In this document: positions 36,816-49,742 of the stretch, in pieces
Layout of the letters: each line of letters starts with the position of its first letter
How positions within the stretch are numbered: the first letter of the stretch is position 1
Origin: Fistulifera solaris
Taxonomy: Eukaryota
Assembly: GCA_030295235.1 (NCBI GenBank)
Contig: AP026155.1
Coordinates: forward strand, 434,001-498,000
Direction: 5' to 3'
Length of the DNA: 64,000 bases
Translations under genes and position numbers: made by a program
Notes under the pieces: model-generated
What the model saw: the letters and a program-made list of their open reading frames with translations, nothing else
Told to the model about the DNA's origin: nothing
The model's database searches: none

Positions 36816-36904
36816 GTGGTGTGCTACATGGACTTAGGTTTTTACTAAAACGAAACTAGTACCATCGTTGACCAGATCAGCCTTTTTTAAGTGTCTTACA
36901 TTAT

Positions 36905-37561
36905 CTAGTCTCCCCGCTTTAAATAGCGGTTGAACTCCGAATACGCTGAATTTAAATCATGTTCGAGTTGCAAAGCATCATTGTCCCCAATGACATCAAC
37001 AGCTCTCATTTCATTCAGCTTCTTCAGCCAGGACTGCACTTTCCGGTTCGGTTCAAAGTCACTCGGTGTGTCCGGCAATCGCGTCAAGGCATCCATGAGG
37101 TCGGATAGCAAAGGATGCAATTCGAAAACTTCCCTCTTTCGTAATTGTATGGCATCCATGACCGTAATGAAGCTCTGAACTGCTTCTGCAACTGTTGCAG
37201 CATGATTGGCATTTCCGGAATTCGATTTGAGCGGCTCCGGAACTCCCATACGCAGGAGTCTCTCTGTAGCACGAGGGCAGTTCATCTGATAGAGAGCCAT
37301 GAACGTCTCGGTAGTCATGCTATCGGGCAAAACACGTTCCGCCAGTCGAAACTGACTAATCAATTTTTTACATTGTTCCGTATAATCTTTCGGATCGATT
37401 GCGTCACGGGCAAACGCTCGCTCCAAGTGCTCGGTTGCCATAATTATGGAAAACAAATTCGCTTGCTCGTCTAATTCTTCGCGTTCTCTGCCATTCTCAT
37501 AAAGAGGGACCTCGAATTCCTCGTCCGAATCGTCATTATTCGTTAGTTGAGACACGCTCAT
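36905..37561 (-). CDS. VPS28: ESCRT-I subunit VPS28
   Basis: LFSIIMATEHLERAF..D....Y...C.KLISQF, CPRATERL, FITVMDA, LHPLLSDLMDAL, WLKKLNEMRA, DLNSAYSEF. Confidence 0.93.
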   Translation of the reverse strand: MSVSQLTNNDDSDEEFEVPLYENGREREELDEQANLFSIIMATEHLERAFARDAIDPKDYTEQCKKLISQFRLAERVLPDSMTTETFMALYQMNCPRATERLLRMGVPEPLKSNSGNANHAATVAEAVQSFITVMDAIQLRKREVFELHPLLSDLMDALTRLPDTPSDFEPNRKVQSWLKKLNEMRAVDVIGDNDALQLEHDLNSAYSEFNRYLKRGD

Positions 37562-37834
37562 TGTTAATGTTTGTTGGAATGACTTGTATTCGTGTTGTAC
37601 CATCGATGAAGTTGAAACGTGCCTGGTTTGGTGAAAAGGGGTGTGACTATGTAACGATTAATTTTGGTTGCTTCCGTCTGAATTCTGAATCGCATAAAAC
37701 GCGCATCGCGTCCAAAACCTCTTGGGAACCGGTCCGAGTCTGAGGTAGGGAAAGATTTGTAAGTCCGTTTTCGCTTTGCCGGCGTGACACACACAGTCAT
37801 CAACCTGGCAAAACGAACAACGAACGATAAGGTG

Positions 37835-38704
37835 TGTCAAAGAGCGAGGTCGAGGTTGAGTGTCGGACTGAAAGATTTATTCAGTCATGAGTTGACACGT
37901 CATCGGATGTCGGAATGGTTCGAAATGACCGCCTAGTTTATTGGGAAAGCATTCTACTCGTGAAAGGAGTCTCGGAAGTGTTTCGAACTATATGTTTGGG
38001 GATTTGGGATCACGGAAGAATCCAGTATGCAATTATGGACGATGACTGTTGCTAGTTGCTAAGGAACATGCAATAATGGAGAATCTGGTGGATTGGCAGA
38101 AAGGGCTATTTTATCCTAAAGTTGTTATTGGAGAAATGGACTTGGCAAGATCGGATCATGATCAGATCAAGATCAGATCGGAGACCAGTGAAAAGAGGAA
38201 AGCGAAAGTAATCGTAGGAAATCGTCATAATTCTGTAAACGAGTGTTTGGAGCAAAAAAAAAAAAAAAAAAAAAAAACAGTACGGATCATGATAGTATAC
38301 GGCCAGGGAGGATGTCAGATTGAGGGTCTGGACGTCAATCAGAGTGCTTATATATCATGGATCGGGGTAGAAATACGACGTGATTGGGATGGCTCTGTGG
38401 TTCGATTCCACAGTACGTTAGTATTTTAACATGGTAACGTGCAGGGTTCGAACCCGCGCGGAGTGCGTTTGTTGCCGACTCCTGAGAAGCCGGGAGGATA
38501 AAAGAACAGGGCTGGAAGCGGTCTCAAGTGAGGAGGCTGAAGGGCAAAAACAGTACGGATCATGATAGTATACGGCCAGGGAGGATGTCAGATTGAGGGT
38601 CTGGACGTCAATCAGAGTGCTTATATATCATGGATCGGGGTAGAAATACGACGTGATTGGGATGGCTCTGTGGTTCGATTCCACAGTACGTTAGTATTTT
38701 AACA
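37835..38704 (+). mobile_element. Collapsed LTR retroelement: full 5' LTR (37835-38431), PBS, ~115 bp internal, last 154 bp of 3' LTR
   Basis: TGTCAA...TTAACA ends. AAGGTG on both flanks (37829-37834, 38705-38710). Direct repeat 38278-38431 = 38551-38704. TGGTAACGTGCAGGGTTCGAACCC immediately after the first LTR. Confidence 0.82.
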
Positions 38705-38841
38705 AAGGTGAAAGAAAAGTTGATGATTCCTTCCACTTTGTGACGTAGGGTGAATCTTCATCATTATTTTACTTGGTATTTTTGAATTGCAAGCATCCAG
38801 ACCTTTCATCATCTTTGAATGTTTAAATCTAGAAATGCAAG

Positions 38842-40534
38842 ATGCCGGACCGCATTCACTTTGGTTCCTGCAACAGCCAGCATTACGAAAACGTCATGTG
38901 GCCTCACATGAAGTCGCGTCAACCTTCCGCTTTCGTTTGGGTCGGCGACGCTGTTTACGCCGACGATTTTGAGTGGACGCCGGCCGTCGAACGTCAATCG
39001 ATCAAGGATTCTCTCAAACGTAGAGTCAAAGAGGCTGTACCGGAGGATTTGGAGCGTTTGTATCAGAGTCTCCTAAAGAATGACGGCTACCGAACCTTTA
39101 TTCAGCCAGACAAAGAAAATGAGACCGGACCGCTGATCATGGGGACTTTCGACGACCACGACTATGGGCGAAATAACGGTGATCACACCTACAAGTACAA
39201 ACGAGAGAGTGCGATGTCATTTATGGATTTCATTGCAAAAAGCAACAAGAACGCAATGTCCAGCGACTTCGGAACGATGGAGAACCGGGCTGCTTCTGGG
39301 ATGGGGTTGTATGGTGTCAAAGTTTTAGATTTCAATAAGCCGCCGGATGAACAGGTCTTATCGGATCAAGAGGCTGGTCTGGATGCAGATGCGGTTCCGG
39401 AATGGAATCCAGCTCTTCGGTTGTCTGATAAGACTGTCGCCATTTTTGTGCTAGATTGTCGAAGTAACAAAACACCTTGGCCGAAAAGGTCCTTTCTTGC
39501 ACCGTCTACCAGCAAGGGAGACTTTCTTGGTGAAGAGCAATGGCGATGGTTTGAAGAAGCGTTGCGGCGATCGACTGCACGTGTCAATATTGTTGTACAG
39601 GGACTGCAAGTCCACGCCGAACACATGTTTGACGGAAATATAGCCGAAGAATGGAGGTAAGCTATCATTCGCTCATTAAAAGTGTGCTTCCGCATTTCGA
39701 TATTTCCCTTTCCCTAACATTGTCGACTGTAGTTTGTTTCCTCGATCCCAGCATCGCTTGTATCAATCCATCGTGGAATCAAATGCGAGTGTCCCCATAC
39801 TTGTCAGCGGAGATGTACATATGTTCGAATTGTCGCGGAAGGACTGTAGAAAGGTGAAGAAGACGAATGACCGGTACGATGTGGGTGGGTATTATAGGCC
39901 ACTTCTTGAAGTAACAACTAGCGGATTGACTCATTCGTGGGGAACGAGATCTTGCGCTCGGCCAAAAGAGAACTTTGTTTGTACTTCTCCCTATTTTCAA
40001 CGCGCAATCCGCATGGCGGCACACTTGGCACATTTGAGTGGAGCCTGGACTGAACTCGTCGATTTGGATTGTAACGAGGCACAAGAAGGCGCAAAATGTG
40101 GCATCCAGTACTCTATATTGCAGAATTTTGCCGAGTTTGAGTTCGATTGGCACAAAGAAAAAGTCACACTTCGTGCCTTTGGAAGTGAGCTCAACAGTTC
40201 ACCGTTCGTAAGCACGACGTGGAATTTCACTTTTTTATCGGCTCCTAGCGCAGGCACCGAATCTCCCTTTGTCAAACTGGCCGATTATACTGAAAAGTTT
40301 CAGGATCCAGTGCTGGAAGGATTCGCCCAGGGTGGAGACTGGATTTGCATCAATCACAGAGGACCAGTGACCTTTGCTATGAAAGTCTACGGTGTAGCTG
40401 GTCCCAGCCTTATCATCTGTTTTGCAATGATCATTCCTTTGGTGGTGCCGCTTGTGATCACTTTTGGCCTCATTAAAGTTCAGGGAAGAAAGAACAATTC
40501 TAGACATAATACAGAAGATAATCATCAAAGTTGA
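38842..40534 (+). CDS. PhoD-like alkaline phosphatase/phosphodiesterase with C-terminal TM anchor; start may lie further upstream
   Basis: RIHFGSC, WVGDAVYAD, TFDDHDYG.N, LDCRS, LGEEQWRW, SGDVH and EVTTSGLTH motifs; intron ~39657-39732. Confidence 0.9.
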
Positions 40535-41292
40535 GTTTTGGTGTTGATTGGATGGTTCAACTAGTCAATCAGCTCTACGAGGGGATTGTAATAAGGCGGT
40601 GGAGGGTAGTATTCGACCAGACACGAGTAAGTCTTTAGTCACTAGACCATAGTTTTTGTATGTTACATCATGTTGTGACCAGGTATTGCCCGAATGACGC
40701 GAGGAACATGGTAAGTCATCCACTGTGACATTTCTATTTCGTTTCTCGGATACATGAAAGTAGTGTACTGTGGATTTCAAGTGCATTCCAACGGTACCAG
40801 GTACAGTACCGGTACAAGTACCAGTAGAAGCGATTTTTAACACTCTTCGCTCCTCGCTCCTTGCGCGAGTCGTGATGTCGTGATCAAAGCGTGCTCCGTG
40901 AATGTAGCATCAAGAGTAGGAGCTCGATCGAGTGATTGATTCGGTTTGGATTCTTTTATTCCATCCTTTTTGACGTTAACGAGTCCGGTACTCCGGAGTT
41001 TCGCGGAAGAGCAGAGCATAGATCTTGCGATTGATGAGAGGGAATGCTGGAAAAGAAAAAGTTATTGCCGATTCACTGAAAGTCTAGTCGGTCCCCGTAT
41101 TGCGACGGTAGTTGTTTGTTTTGATCTAACAGCTTTCTTAGAAACACAGATTTTCCCGTCAAGTGAGATTGACTCGTCCGATTAGAACACCCGGAAAGCT
41201 CCAAGGCTTTTTTCTCGTAATTTTTGAGCGTTAACGACGATCGAATAGCAGGTGAACTTCCCGAAACTTTGAACTTGGGTCTGCTTGGAGAT

Positions 41293-43074
41293 ATGACTAC
41301 GACAGACGTTTCGAGAAACGAAAACATCATGGCAAGTGAACTAACTAGTGGCGATAGCAAGATTACATCTACGGACCGCGACGATGCGCACCCTGCTATT
41401 GTGAACAAAGCAGCCGATGGTAAAGATTCTGAAGACACTTTGAAAGCTGTATCACCAGACGGGGCTACCGAGAACGAACCCGAAGTTCCAAGATCGGAAA
41501 GCCAGTCATCTCGACCGCTCCCGGTTCACCCATATACGCACGCGTCTGGATACTTTGAAGGATACACTTACCCCAGTATCAATGCGTCGTCGCTCTCTTT
41601 TAATGACCAGGTTGTGCCTATTCCTTACGAATCTTCATCGGCCGCTTTTGCTCCGCAGCCGGGGGTATTTACAGCGGCTCAGTCAAGTCCCTTCGCTGTC
41701 CCTAGCAACACAACTCTCTCACCTCCAAGGTCCAGCAAAGCTGTCGTGATCGGCATTCCTCCCGCGTCGCCCTTGTTCCCTAGATCGAATAGTTCAGGAA
41801 TGGATAGTGCGCTTCCTTACATTTCACCCGCCCTGGGAAGCTCTGCTTCACCAATGACCTATCAAGCAACATACGCAGGATCGGCTGGTAGAGTAGACTC
41901 TCAGGGTTCGTCCGATGAGGGGGAGTTGGGATCGGTACGTCACGGTTCATTTGTTGCGAGCTAAAAGTAAACCCGCGCGTGATCATTCTAACAGCGTTTC
42001 GATTAGTGGTCCAAATCACAATGCTTATCCGTCGCCGCAGCTGAGTGCTCAAGGCATGATGTACGCGATGCCGAGGGGAACACGTGCTTATTCGTTTGAT
42101 GGGGAAACGGTTCTTTTGCCTGCAATGCTTGATCACGAACAGCAGATCAATCCAGCTTATTCTCCTTACAATGCGAGTCATGTCAGCCCCGCCGGTAGCG
42201 CAGTCTTTGCAGCTCAACAATCTTGGAGCTACCCTGGACCTCCGCCAGATCTTTATAGCACACCCGCATCGCCACTACAGCCCCGCCCTACCGCTCACCA
42301 TATGTACGCAATCGGTGGACCTATGCAACCCATGGGATCGTATGGTGTACCTCCGCAATATTTCCCTGCGTCCTCCCCGGGTCCCCCTATTCAGACAACA
42401 GCCTCCAATAAAGGCCCGGACGGCGCGAATTTGTTCGTATTTCACATCCCGAACAATTTCACTAACATGGACATGTATAACTTGTTTTGTCGGTACGGAA
42501 ATTTATTGAGTGTTAGAATTATGGTTGAAAGAGATACGGGAAGGAGTCGTGGTTTTGGTTTTGTTTCGTACGATAACGCCGCATCAGCTGCTCAAGCGAT
42601 TCAAGAATTGAATGGATATGCCGTAAGTAACGAGGAAGTCATGCTGCTTCGTTTCCGATGGTTGACTAATCTCTCTCCTCTTTCTCAGATCGGTAATAAA
42701 CGGTTAAAAGTTCAGCACAAGCAGATTCGTTCTAGAGACAACGCAGATAGGGAAGGCGTCGAAGGGGTCTCCTACGATCATGGCAGCGACGAGGGCAACT
42801 ATGCTCCAACGGGCAGTTTTTCGTCTTTGCCCCCGCTGCACCTTTGCCAAACACTCAGAATCTATGGTTCGATCCAGTTTCGGAAGGGGTACACAATATG
42901 GAACCAGGGGATGCCGCGACACAAACGATTAATGCTGAACTTATGAAAGATGGAAACGAAGTAGGAACTACCAATGTCGAGCAGCATGGAGAGAACACCG
43001 TAGGATCCCCGCCTTTGGATATGGGAACGCTCCAGTCTGCTCTTTCGGAAGTATCCGGGGAAGCAGAAAAGTAG
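41293..43074 (+). CDS. Low-complexity protein with a single CELF/Bruno-type C-terminal RRM
   Basis: KGPDGANLFVFHIP...SRGFGFVSYDN...ELNGYA|IGNKRLKVQHK. Indels in G-run ~41920 and C-run ~42832; short introns. Confidence 0.82.
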
Positions 43075-43243
43075 CTTTAAGCACCGAGTTGGAATATTCA
43101 AAGGAAAATCCATTGAGTTGGTGCAGTAAGATTTTAATCTAAATTCCAAAAGTGAGGAAAAGGGTTCTAAATCTTGTAAACAAATTAGGTGCGGGGACAA
43201 GGGGCAAATACAACTGGAATAGAGCACCGTCCTTCAAGGATGA

Positions 43244-43751
43244 CTAGTTACAACAATCTAGCATCGTGCCCGTTGTTGTAGGACAACAGCTACCAATCAA
43301 ATGAGCACAATTTGGATGAGCGCTACATGAGGAGCCTTCATCAACATCCTTTGTTTTGAATACCTTTTCATGCTCGACCGACCTGACTGGGCTTATCTGA
43401 TTTCCGCCATGATATTCTACAGCAGATACTGTCGTTGTATGCCCCGCCTCCCCCCTTGATGACTTGTTCGCTTCCACGAGCTGGATAAAGAATTGACAAG
43501 TTGCGTAGCAAATACAGAGTAAAGAATCCCAGCAACAAAGCAGCCAGTATAATGGGCACTGCGGCGACACCGTACTTTTTTAGCTTTTGCTGAAAATTCA
43601 AGTTACTTTCGTTTTTCAAATAGTATGTGTGATCAGCGTCAAAACTGCGGTCCACCGCTTCTTCGTCATCTCGGTCACCCCCGGCTTTCGCAGTGAAGTA
43701 CGACGTTTCTGTAGCTTCACTGACAGATCCGTAGCTAGGCACTTTCGACAT
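43244..43751 (-). CDS. Small single-pass membrane protein with C-terminal Cys-rich module
   Basis: MSKVPSYG...TM (AAVPIILAALLLGFFTLYLL). After an indel near 43450 it ends CSAHPNCAHLIGSCCPTTTGTMLDCCN*. Confidence 0.75.
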
Positions 43752-44194
43752 GATTATTCGGTATTAAATTCTTCTTTTCGAAAGAACTGTTTGATCGTTT
43801 TTATAGTCGAAATACCTGGTAAGCTAGCATTTGCTCCTCTGCGTCCCGCTTCACGGGTCTGTGTGCCAAATTATTTATTGGGAAAGACGGCAACTGCAAC
43901 ATAAGCAACGACAGCATTTTTTCCAGGATCTTCGCGCACTTTTCTGTAATACCTCGGAGTATTTAAAGAGTACTATACAACCCCTTGTATTGGTACAGTA
44001 CGGTAGGTGTACGGTAATGCAACCTCATGCAAGTTCGCACCCAGATAAACGTCGTACCGTTAGCAAAGTAGTAGACAAAATTCGCACTGCGCCGCGCGCT
44101 TTCTTCTTCGTCACCTTTTCGTTGGTTCCTTCATTAATCTTCCGACCATCAATTCTGTCTCGCAATCCATGTTGTCAACAATACTCTCTAAAGA

Positions 44195-45524
44195 ATGGAG
44201 TCTTTGGGACGTTATCCTTTATCAGTATTACTCTCATTTCTTAGCGAAACAGAGGGGACAAGTTTGCTGATAACGAAAAAACGCTATGCATTCTTCCTTC
44301 TCCCCATGTTTCGTTTGAGAAGCGATGCATTCGACGGTTTGAAGGTTAACGGATCGAAAAAGCGCCATCGATTTGTTGTTTGTCCCGCTCAAGATCCTAT
44401 TGTTCTCTTGGATAGGCTCAACACGCGAAAGTTGTTTAAAAGAAAAACTATACCGATCAAGCATCATATGACAACTTCACAATTGGCTGCCGCGGAATGG
44501 AATCAACAACCCCGGAACATCCCGGCACAACTCCAGTGTCTCCGCTTTCTCGATAAGACAATTACTAAGCAATTCACAGATATGATCGGCACACTTCTGG
44601 TATCCTACCCGAGAAGCGGAAATACTTTGATGCGCACCTTGCTAGAAAAAAGTCACCGGACTCGTGACCGGTTCCGATACTCGACCGGATCGTTCCCTCT
44701 CGCTCGAGTTAGCGGAACGCCATAACTTAGTCGGAGAAGGAGTCACCCACCCGTCAATGGTAGCATTTGTCAAAACACATTGGCCGGAGCGCACTGGAAA
44801 TCAAGTCTACAAGGGGAAACGCGCGGTATTGCTGGTGCGAAATCCTTACGACGCCATTGATTCGTATTGGAATCTGAACGTCACAAAAAGCCACACCAAG
44901 ACCGTCACAGAAAGTGTTTACGAAAGATTTCAAGAAAAATTCGAAAGATTGGCGAGAAATGAAATTTGCATCTGGCTTCAATTTCAGGATTACTGGTTGC
45001 GAAAAGCCGGTATCCCCGTCTTGCTGATCCGCTTCGAAGACCTGGTTCGAAGTCCTGCAGAACAACTTGCTCGAACTATCATGTTTGCGGCTGAAGCTAA
45101 TGAGTTACCGCTTTTCTGGAAAGAGCGCATTGACTATGTCGTGAATGGATGTGAAAGTATCGAAGGAATGGGATCTTACAAACCCCGATCGAGTACAGGG
45201 TCCGGCTTCGGAAAATCTATTTTGAAGGGCAGATACAACAGGGATACCATTGACTATATGCACAATGCCGCACAACAAATCTCGTGCAAGGATTATTTGA
45301 GTTGCCTCGGATACAGCGTGAAGGAACACAACTTCCCTTCGGAAGAATCACTGGATCACTTTCGACGAGTTTCTGTTGACAATCTCTCTTCCAAGAAGGG
45401 CGATTACGTGATGGTTAACCAGGGTGTTCCCATTCGTCCAGATACGTGTGAATTCGGTAGACAGATGACGTCCTGGAGGCGCTCTATCACCGACAACGAT
45501 GCTAACCCACTTCCCACCATGTAA
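44195..45524 (+). CDS. Sulfotransferase-domain protein
   Basis: 5'-PSB loop LVSYPRSGNT, FVKTH, 3'-PB LLVRNPYDAIDSY, IRFEDL; indel in A-run ~44650. Confidence 0.85.
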
Positions 45525-46014
45525 ATTGAAGTCCTCCGGTTCCTCAGCGCGTGTCGACGAAGTAAAAACGTCTCGTAGACGTAGAGGGATCATTACTCTT
45601 CCGACAACTGTGCATGCACAAATCCTCCATTTACTATTGAATTTGCTGGAGTTTTCAATCACTGAGTGCTGAAACTGCGGCGTGGCATGAACTTACCTTT
45701 GACGGAGTAGTGAACAAGCAACATAACATGTGACCTGTGGGACGAGAACGGGCGTTGAACTAGAGAGATTTAAGATGAGACTTAGACTATGCGCTCTAAG
45801 CTCTGGGCCATGAGCTATAAGTTAAAAACGGAAGTCCATACTGACTTGAGGACGACTTTCTCACATCCTTTGTTCAAAGGACGCGTCCTTTCTCATTCTT
45901 ACCTTAGTTTTTTTCGGTCATCTCGGTCATTCTTGATATCACTTTTGTTTGTTTGGTTGCACGTCTGCACTATTGCACTTTGTGTAGGGCTGCGTGTCTA
46001 ACTTCATTCTAATA

Positions 46015-46097
46015 CAGGAAATGGCGTTAATATTCTGCCTCGTCGTGGATGCTACGTAGAATCGTGTACCTGAGGCAGAATTTTAACGTCTTTGCAG
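46015..46097. mobile_element. MITE-like repeat, copy C, flanked by TA on both sides
   Basis: TA|CAGGAAATGGCGTTAATATTCTGCCTC...GAGGCAGAATTTTAACGTCTTTGCAG|TA. Confidence 0.85.
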
Positions 46098-46395
46098 TAA
46101 ACATGATGGTCACTTTGATGGCGAAATCATTCATCACACTATACTGTACAGTGGATACTGCATCATCGAACATGTACGGTTATTTTCATAGTCAATTACC
46201 CCGCAACTCGGTGCGCGAGATTGCATGCAAGATGCAAGTTCGGAAGTTGGACTCGGAAGATCCAACGTTATCCGACAAATAAATAAAAACGAGAACGGGC
46301 AATAACTTCGAACATTAACCTGCTTCATTGGCATACTTTTTCGCGCGGTTAACTTTTCGACCTTTGAATTGGCTTGAAGTATTTCACAGTCCACC

Positions 46396-48997
46396 ATGAA
46401 GCTCTTTGGCGTCTCATCGATTCTTACATCTTTCGCGCTTCAATCGATTTGGTTGGAAGTAGCCAAAGCGAACGTTTGCATGATGCTCTATCAGATGGCC
46501 GGTGCGTATCTTTTGAATCTTTTACGCGTCATCGGATCCGCCTTTATTCGCTCACACATCCTTCTTCTTAGACAATGATCTCGAGTACTTTATTCGACAG
46601 GATAACAACGAGCTGATCAACTCGGCTGCCATTCGCGAGCCTACATTGACAACCTGGGTGTATTTTGATAGTCGCAATTACGGCACCGCTGAAGATATCA
46701 CTTTACCCTTGGAGGATGTGTTTGCTCCTGATGGAACTCCTCTCGCAGAAAAGCTCGAAGGCAGTCTTTACATGACCTGGGATCATACGAGAGAACAGAT
46801 GGTCGTCAATGCTTCTTCGACGACCGAGTTGAACGGCGACGATCCTCAGACTCTGTTCGACTTTTTGGCATACGCAATGACCGACTGCGTCGCTCGTGGC
46901 TCCACCGAGTACATGCTTATCTTGTCGTCGCACGGTAGTGGAATGTTTGGATTTGGAGGTGACGAGAATGTGGCTCGTCGTCGCCGTTTGGCACAGGCAA
47001 ATCAAAATATTGTCAACGCGGTGCAGTCGGCCCTTGGTGCCGTGGAGGGTGCCCCCGCGAAATTGGACGTTCTAGGATTCGATGCTTGCTTGATGCAAGC
47101 GGTCGATGCTCTCGATGAATACCACAACATTACAAAGTACTACCTAGCCAGCGAAGCTGTGGAGCCCGGACACGGTATGACTCGTATTGGTTCGTTTGCT
47201 TCGATCAAATTACACCCCTCTCACTCATCAACTGCTTCTTCTCGTCAAAGGCTGGGCTTACGGCTTTTTGGAGCCTGCTGCTACTGCTCTGGAATACGCT
47301 ACCAATTTCCATGACAATTTCCTGCAGCAAACACAGGGTTCCGACGTCCACATGACCCCCAAGACAATGGCCATTGTCGATGCTGACCTATTTATTCCGT
47401 TTCTCAATGCGTGGGATGCATTGTTTTCGCAGCTCAGCATTGAAATTGCAAATGACAAGAACGTACACACAATTATGCAACGTTCTCGCCTGAACACATT
47501 GGCCTTTATGGGTGCCACCGATACTTCCGATACCAACACACCGTCGGCAATGGACATTGGAAGTTTTTTCGAAACATTCCGCACCCTGTGTTCGATTGAT
47601 CCGAACAGCGAAGTGGAAACATTGATGGCAGCTGCTGAAACTGCGTATACTGCCATGTTCGTCTCAAGAGGAAACGGTCCAGGAACACCACCCGCAACCG
47701 GGATGCACATCCTGTGGCCGCAGCGACAAGTTTACGATAGATATGACCTGTCCGTGATTATAGAAAGTGATAGCCTTGCCGCAACTGGCGACGCTCCCAA
47801 CTGGATTAATTTCCTCATGACTTTCTATCAAGCCGCCGCTCCTGAAGCTGTCAGTGACAACTCGGTTTGTCTACAATCGATCATCTCGGATCTTGAGGCG
47901 ACCGCGGATGGTAGCCTGCTTTTGAACCCCGAAGTCGTAGGAACTGACAGTGGAGTTGCTGCATCCAGTGCATTGGCGATTGGAACAGATGAAATCTATG
48001 TGAATTATGGTATCGATATCACGTTCCTCATGGAAGGCCGACTTCGACATCTGAAAGAAACCATTCCTTCCACGGCTAGCGCCAATCGTCAGACGATCAA
48101 CCACCCGCTCAAGCCCCGTTGGGAGAACGCTCAGAGACGCTTGCAAACGGAAACCGGTGATTATTTTATTTTGTTTGGAGGTGATGTTCTTGGTGCATTT
48201 GAAGGACCCGAGTTCGTCGCTACCTGGGACAAGAACTTTTATCTCCTTGGAAACGGTGACTCGGCGGAACAAGTCTACGCCACGGATGGTGAAAGCGGAC
48301 TCAAAAGTATTCCAGTCATGTACTTTGCAAGCAGCAACCCAATCACCGCCGACAGCATTCCCCTTGGCACTACCATTGAGCAGGCAGCGTCTTTGGGGGT
48401 ATCTTTGGATTCCTCACAGTTTCACTTACAGATGCCGTAGAATCTGTTATCAGCAATTACGCTCTTTACACGTTTGATGCAACAACTGGAGCGCTTAGTG
48501 AAACCCCCGCGTCAGCTGGAGGTCAAATTACACCCGTTTTGTTTTCGGAACTTGTTATTGGCGATTTGTTGGTTACTGAACTGGTGGGTGGCTTTGGAAG
48601 TACCATTTTCCCTTGGGGCGCCGATAGCGATATCAGCGTTGTTGTTGTCGATGCGATCACTTGGATCAGTCAATTTGACGGGTTAGATTCTGTTGTGGTT
48701 GACATGACTGCGTATGATAACGATGTCCAGGACGGTGTGGACTTCTTTTCAGCATCGGTAACTTCTAGTGAGTTGGGAGGATCGACTGCTGGACCTCCGA
48801 CTGCAGAAACACCGTCTGCTGGACCTCCTTCTGCTAGCCCTCCTACTGCCGATGCTCCCGCTGCGGGCCCTCCCACGGATGAACCTCCCACTGGAGATGG
48901 TCCCGCTGCTGAACCAACTTCTGGCAGTTACGGAAGTCGTGTCATGTTGTGGACGGCTTCAGTGTTCATTCTCGCTGTGACGCTTGTTTTGTTTTAA
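46396..48997 (+). CDS. Clostripain-family (peptidase C11) secreted, probably GPI/TM-anchored protease
   Basis: Signal peptide; YQMA|DNDLE; catalytic SSHGSG and LGFDACLM; ASEAVEPGHG|W; Pro/Ala-rich stalk and hydrophobic C-terminus. Introns ~46502-46571 and ~47175-47250; indel in G-run ~48395. Confidence 0.88.
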
Positions 48998-49742
48998 ATG
49001 CCAGGAAATCATGGTTGACAAATAAAGATAATCAGGGGACCTAATCGCGAAATTGCCCAAAGTTAATGCAGTATATTACGGAGTATAAGAATAAGAATTA
49101 TCAGTATCGGGAAGCTTTCCATTATTTAACAAATAGACTAATTGCCGTCCTTTCATTGTTTTGTACAAAATTACTCACTTGGTCTCCGTTCCAGTGTACG
49201 GAACCAAATAGAATATCTATGTCGTAAAATTCACTTCGTTTAGTGATTGAATTATGAATGATGAATCATGATTTACGTGCGTAAGTAATCGTTTTGACGA
49301 TGAAACGCTGCATGGATGCTTTAACTAGAGTGAGTCGATTCACGAATCATTCGTGAATAGTTTTTGTGAGACGTGCAGACGGGGTCACATTTATCCTTTA
49401 TTTGACGGAAGGGTCATTGCAAAGGGACATTATTTGAGTTTTGCCACGCGACACCAAGCCCAGTGTGGCCGCTTTGCTCGCCGTTGAAGTAAAAATATTG
49501 TCGCAAAGGCTTTACTATCTATAGTTACAAATAGTCATCTTGTTGCTGCGCTATTGCAACGAAGATCTTGCCAAGAAATTCGTCCAGCGCCGGCGCTAAA
49601 AAGAGAGACACTTTTTCTGCAGACGATAAGCGGTGACCAAGCGTAACCGAAGACTGTCAGCAATCGGCAAATCCACGCAACTCATTCATTTGATTTATTG
49701 ATCGAATCGTTGGGACTTCCCCATAAATACTATCGACTCACC

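Noticed and set aside
38432..38465. tRNA gene on the minus strand
   Set aside because: Only a T-arm and 3' end are present, with no D-arm or anticodon arm; better explained as an LTR primer-binding site.
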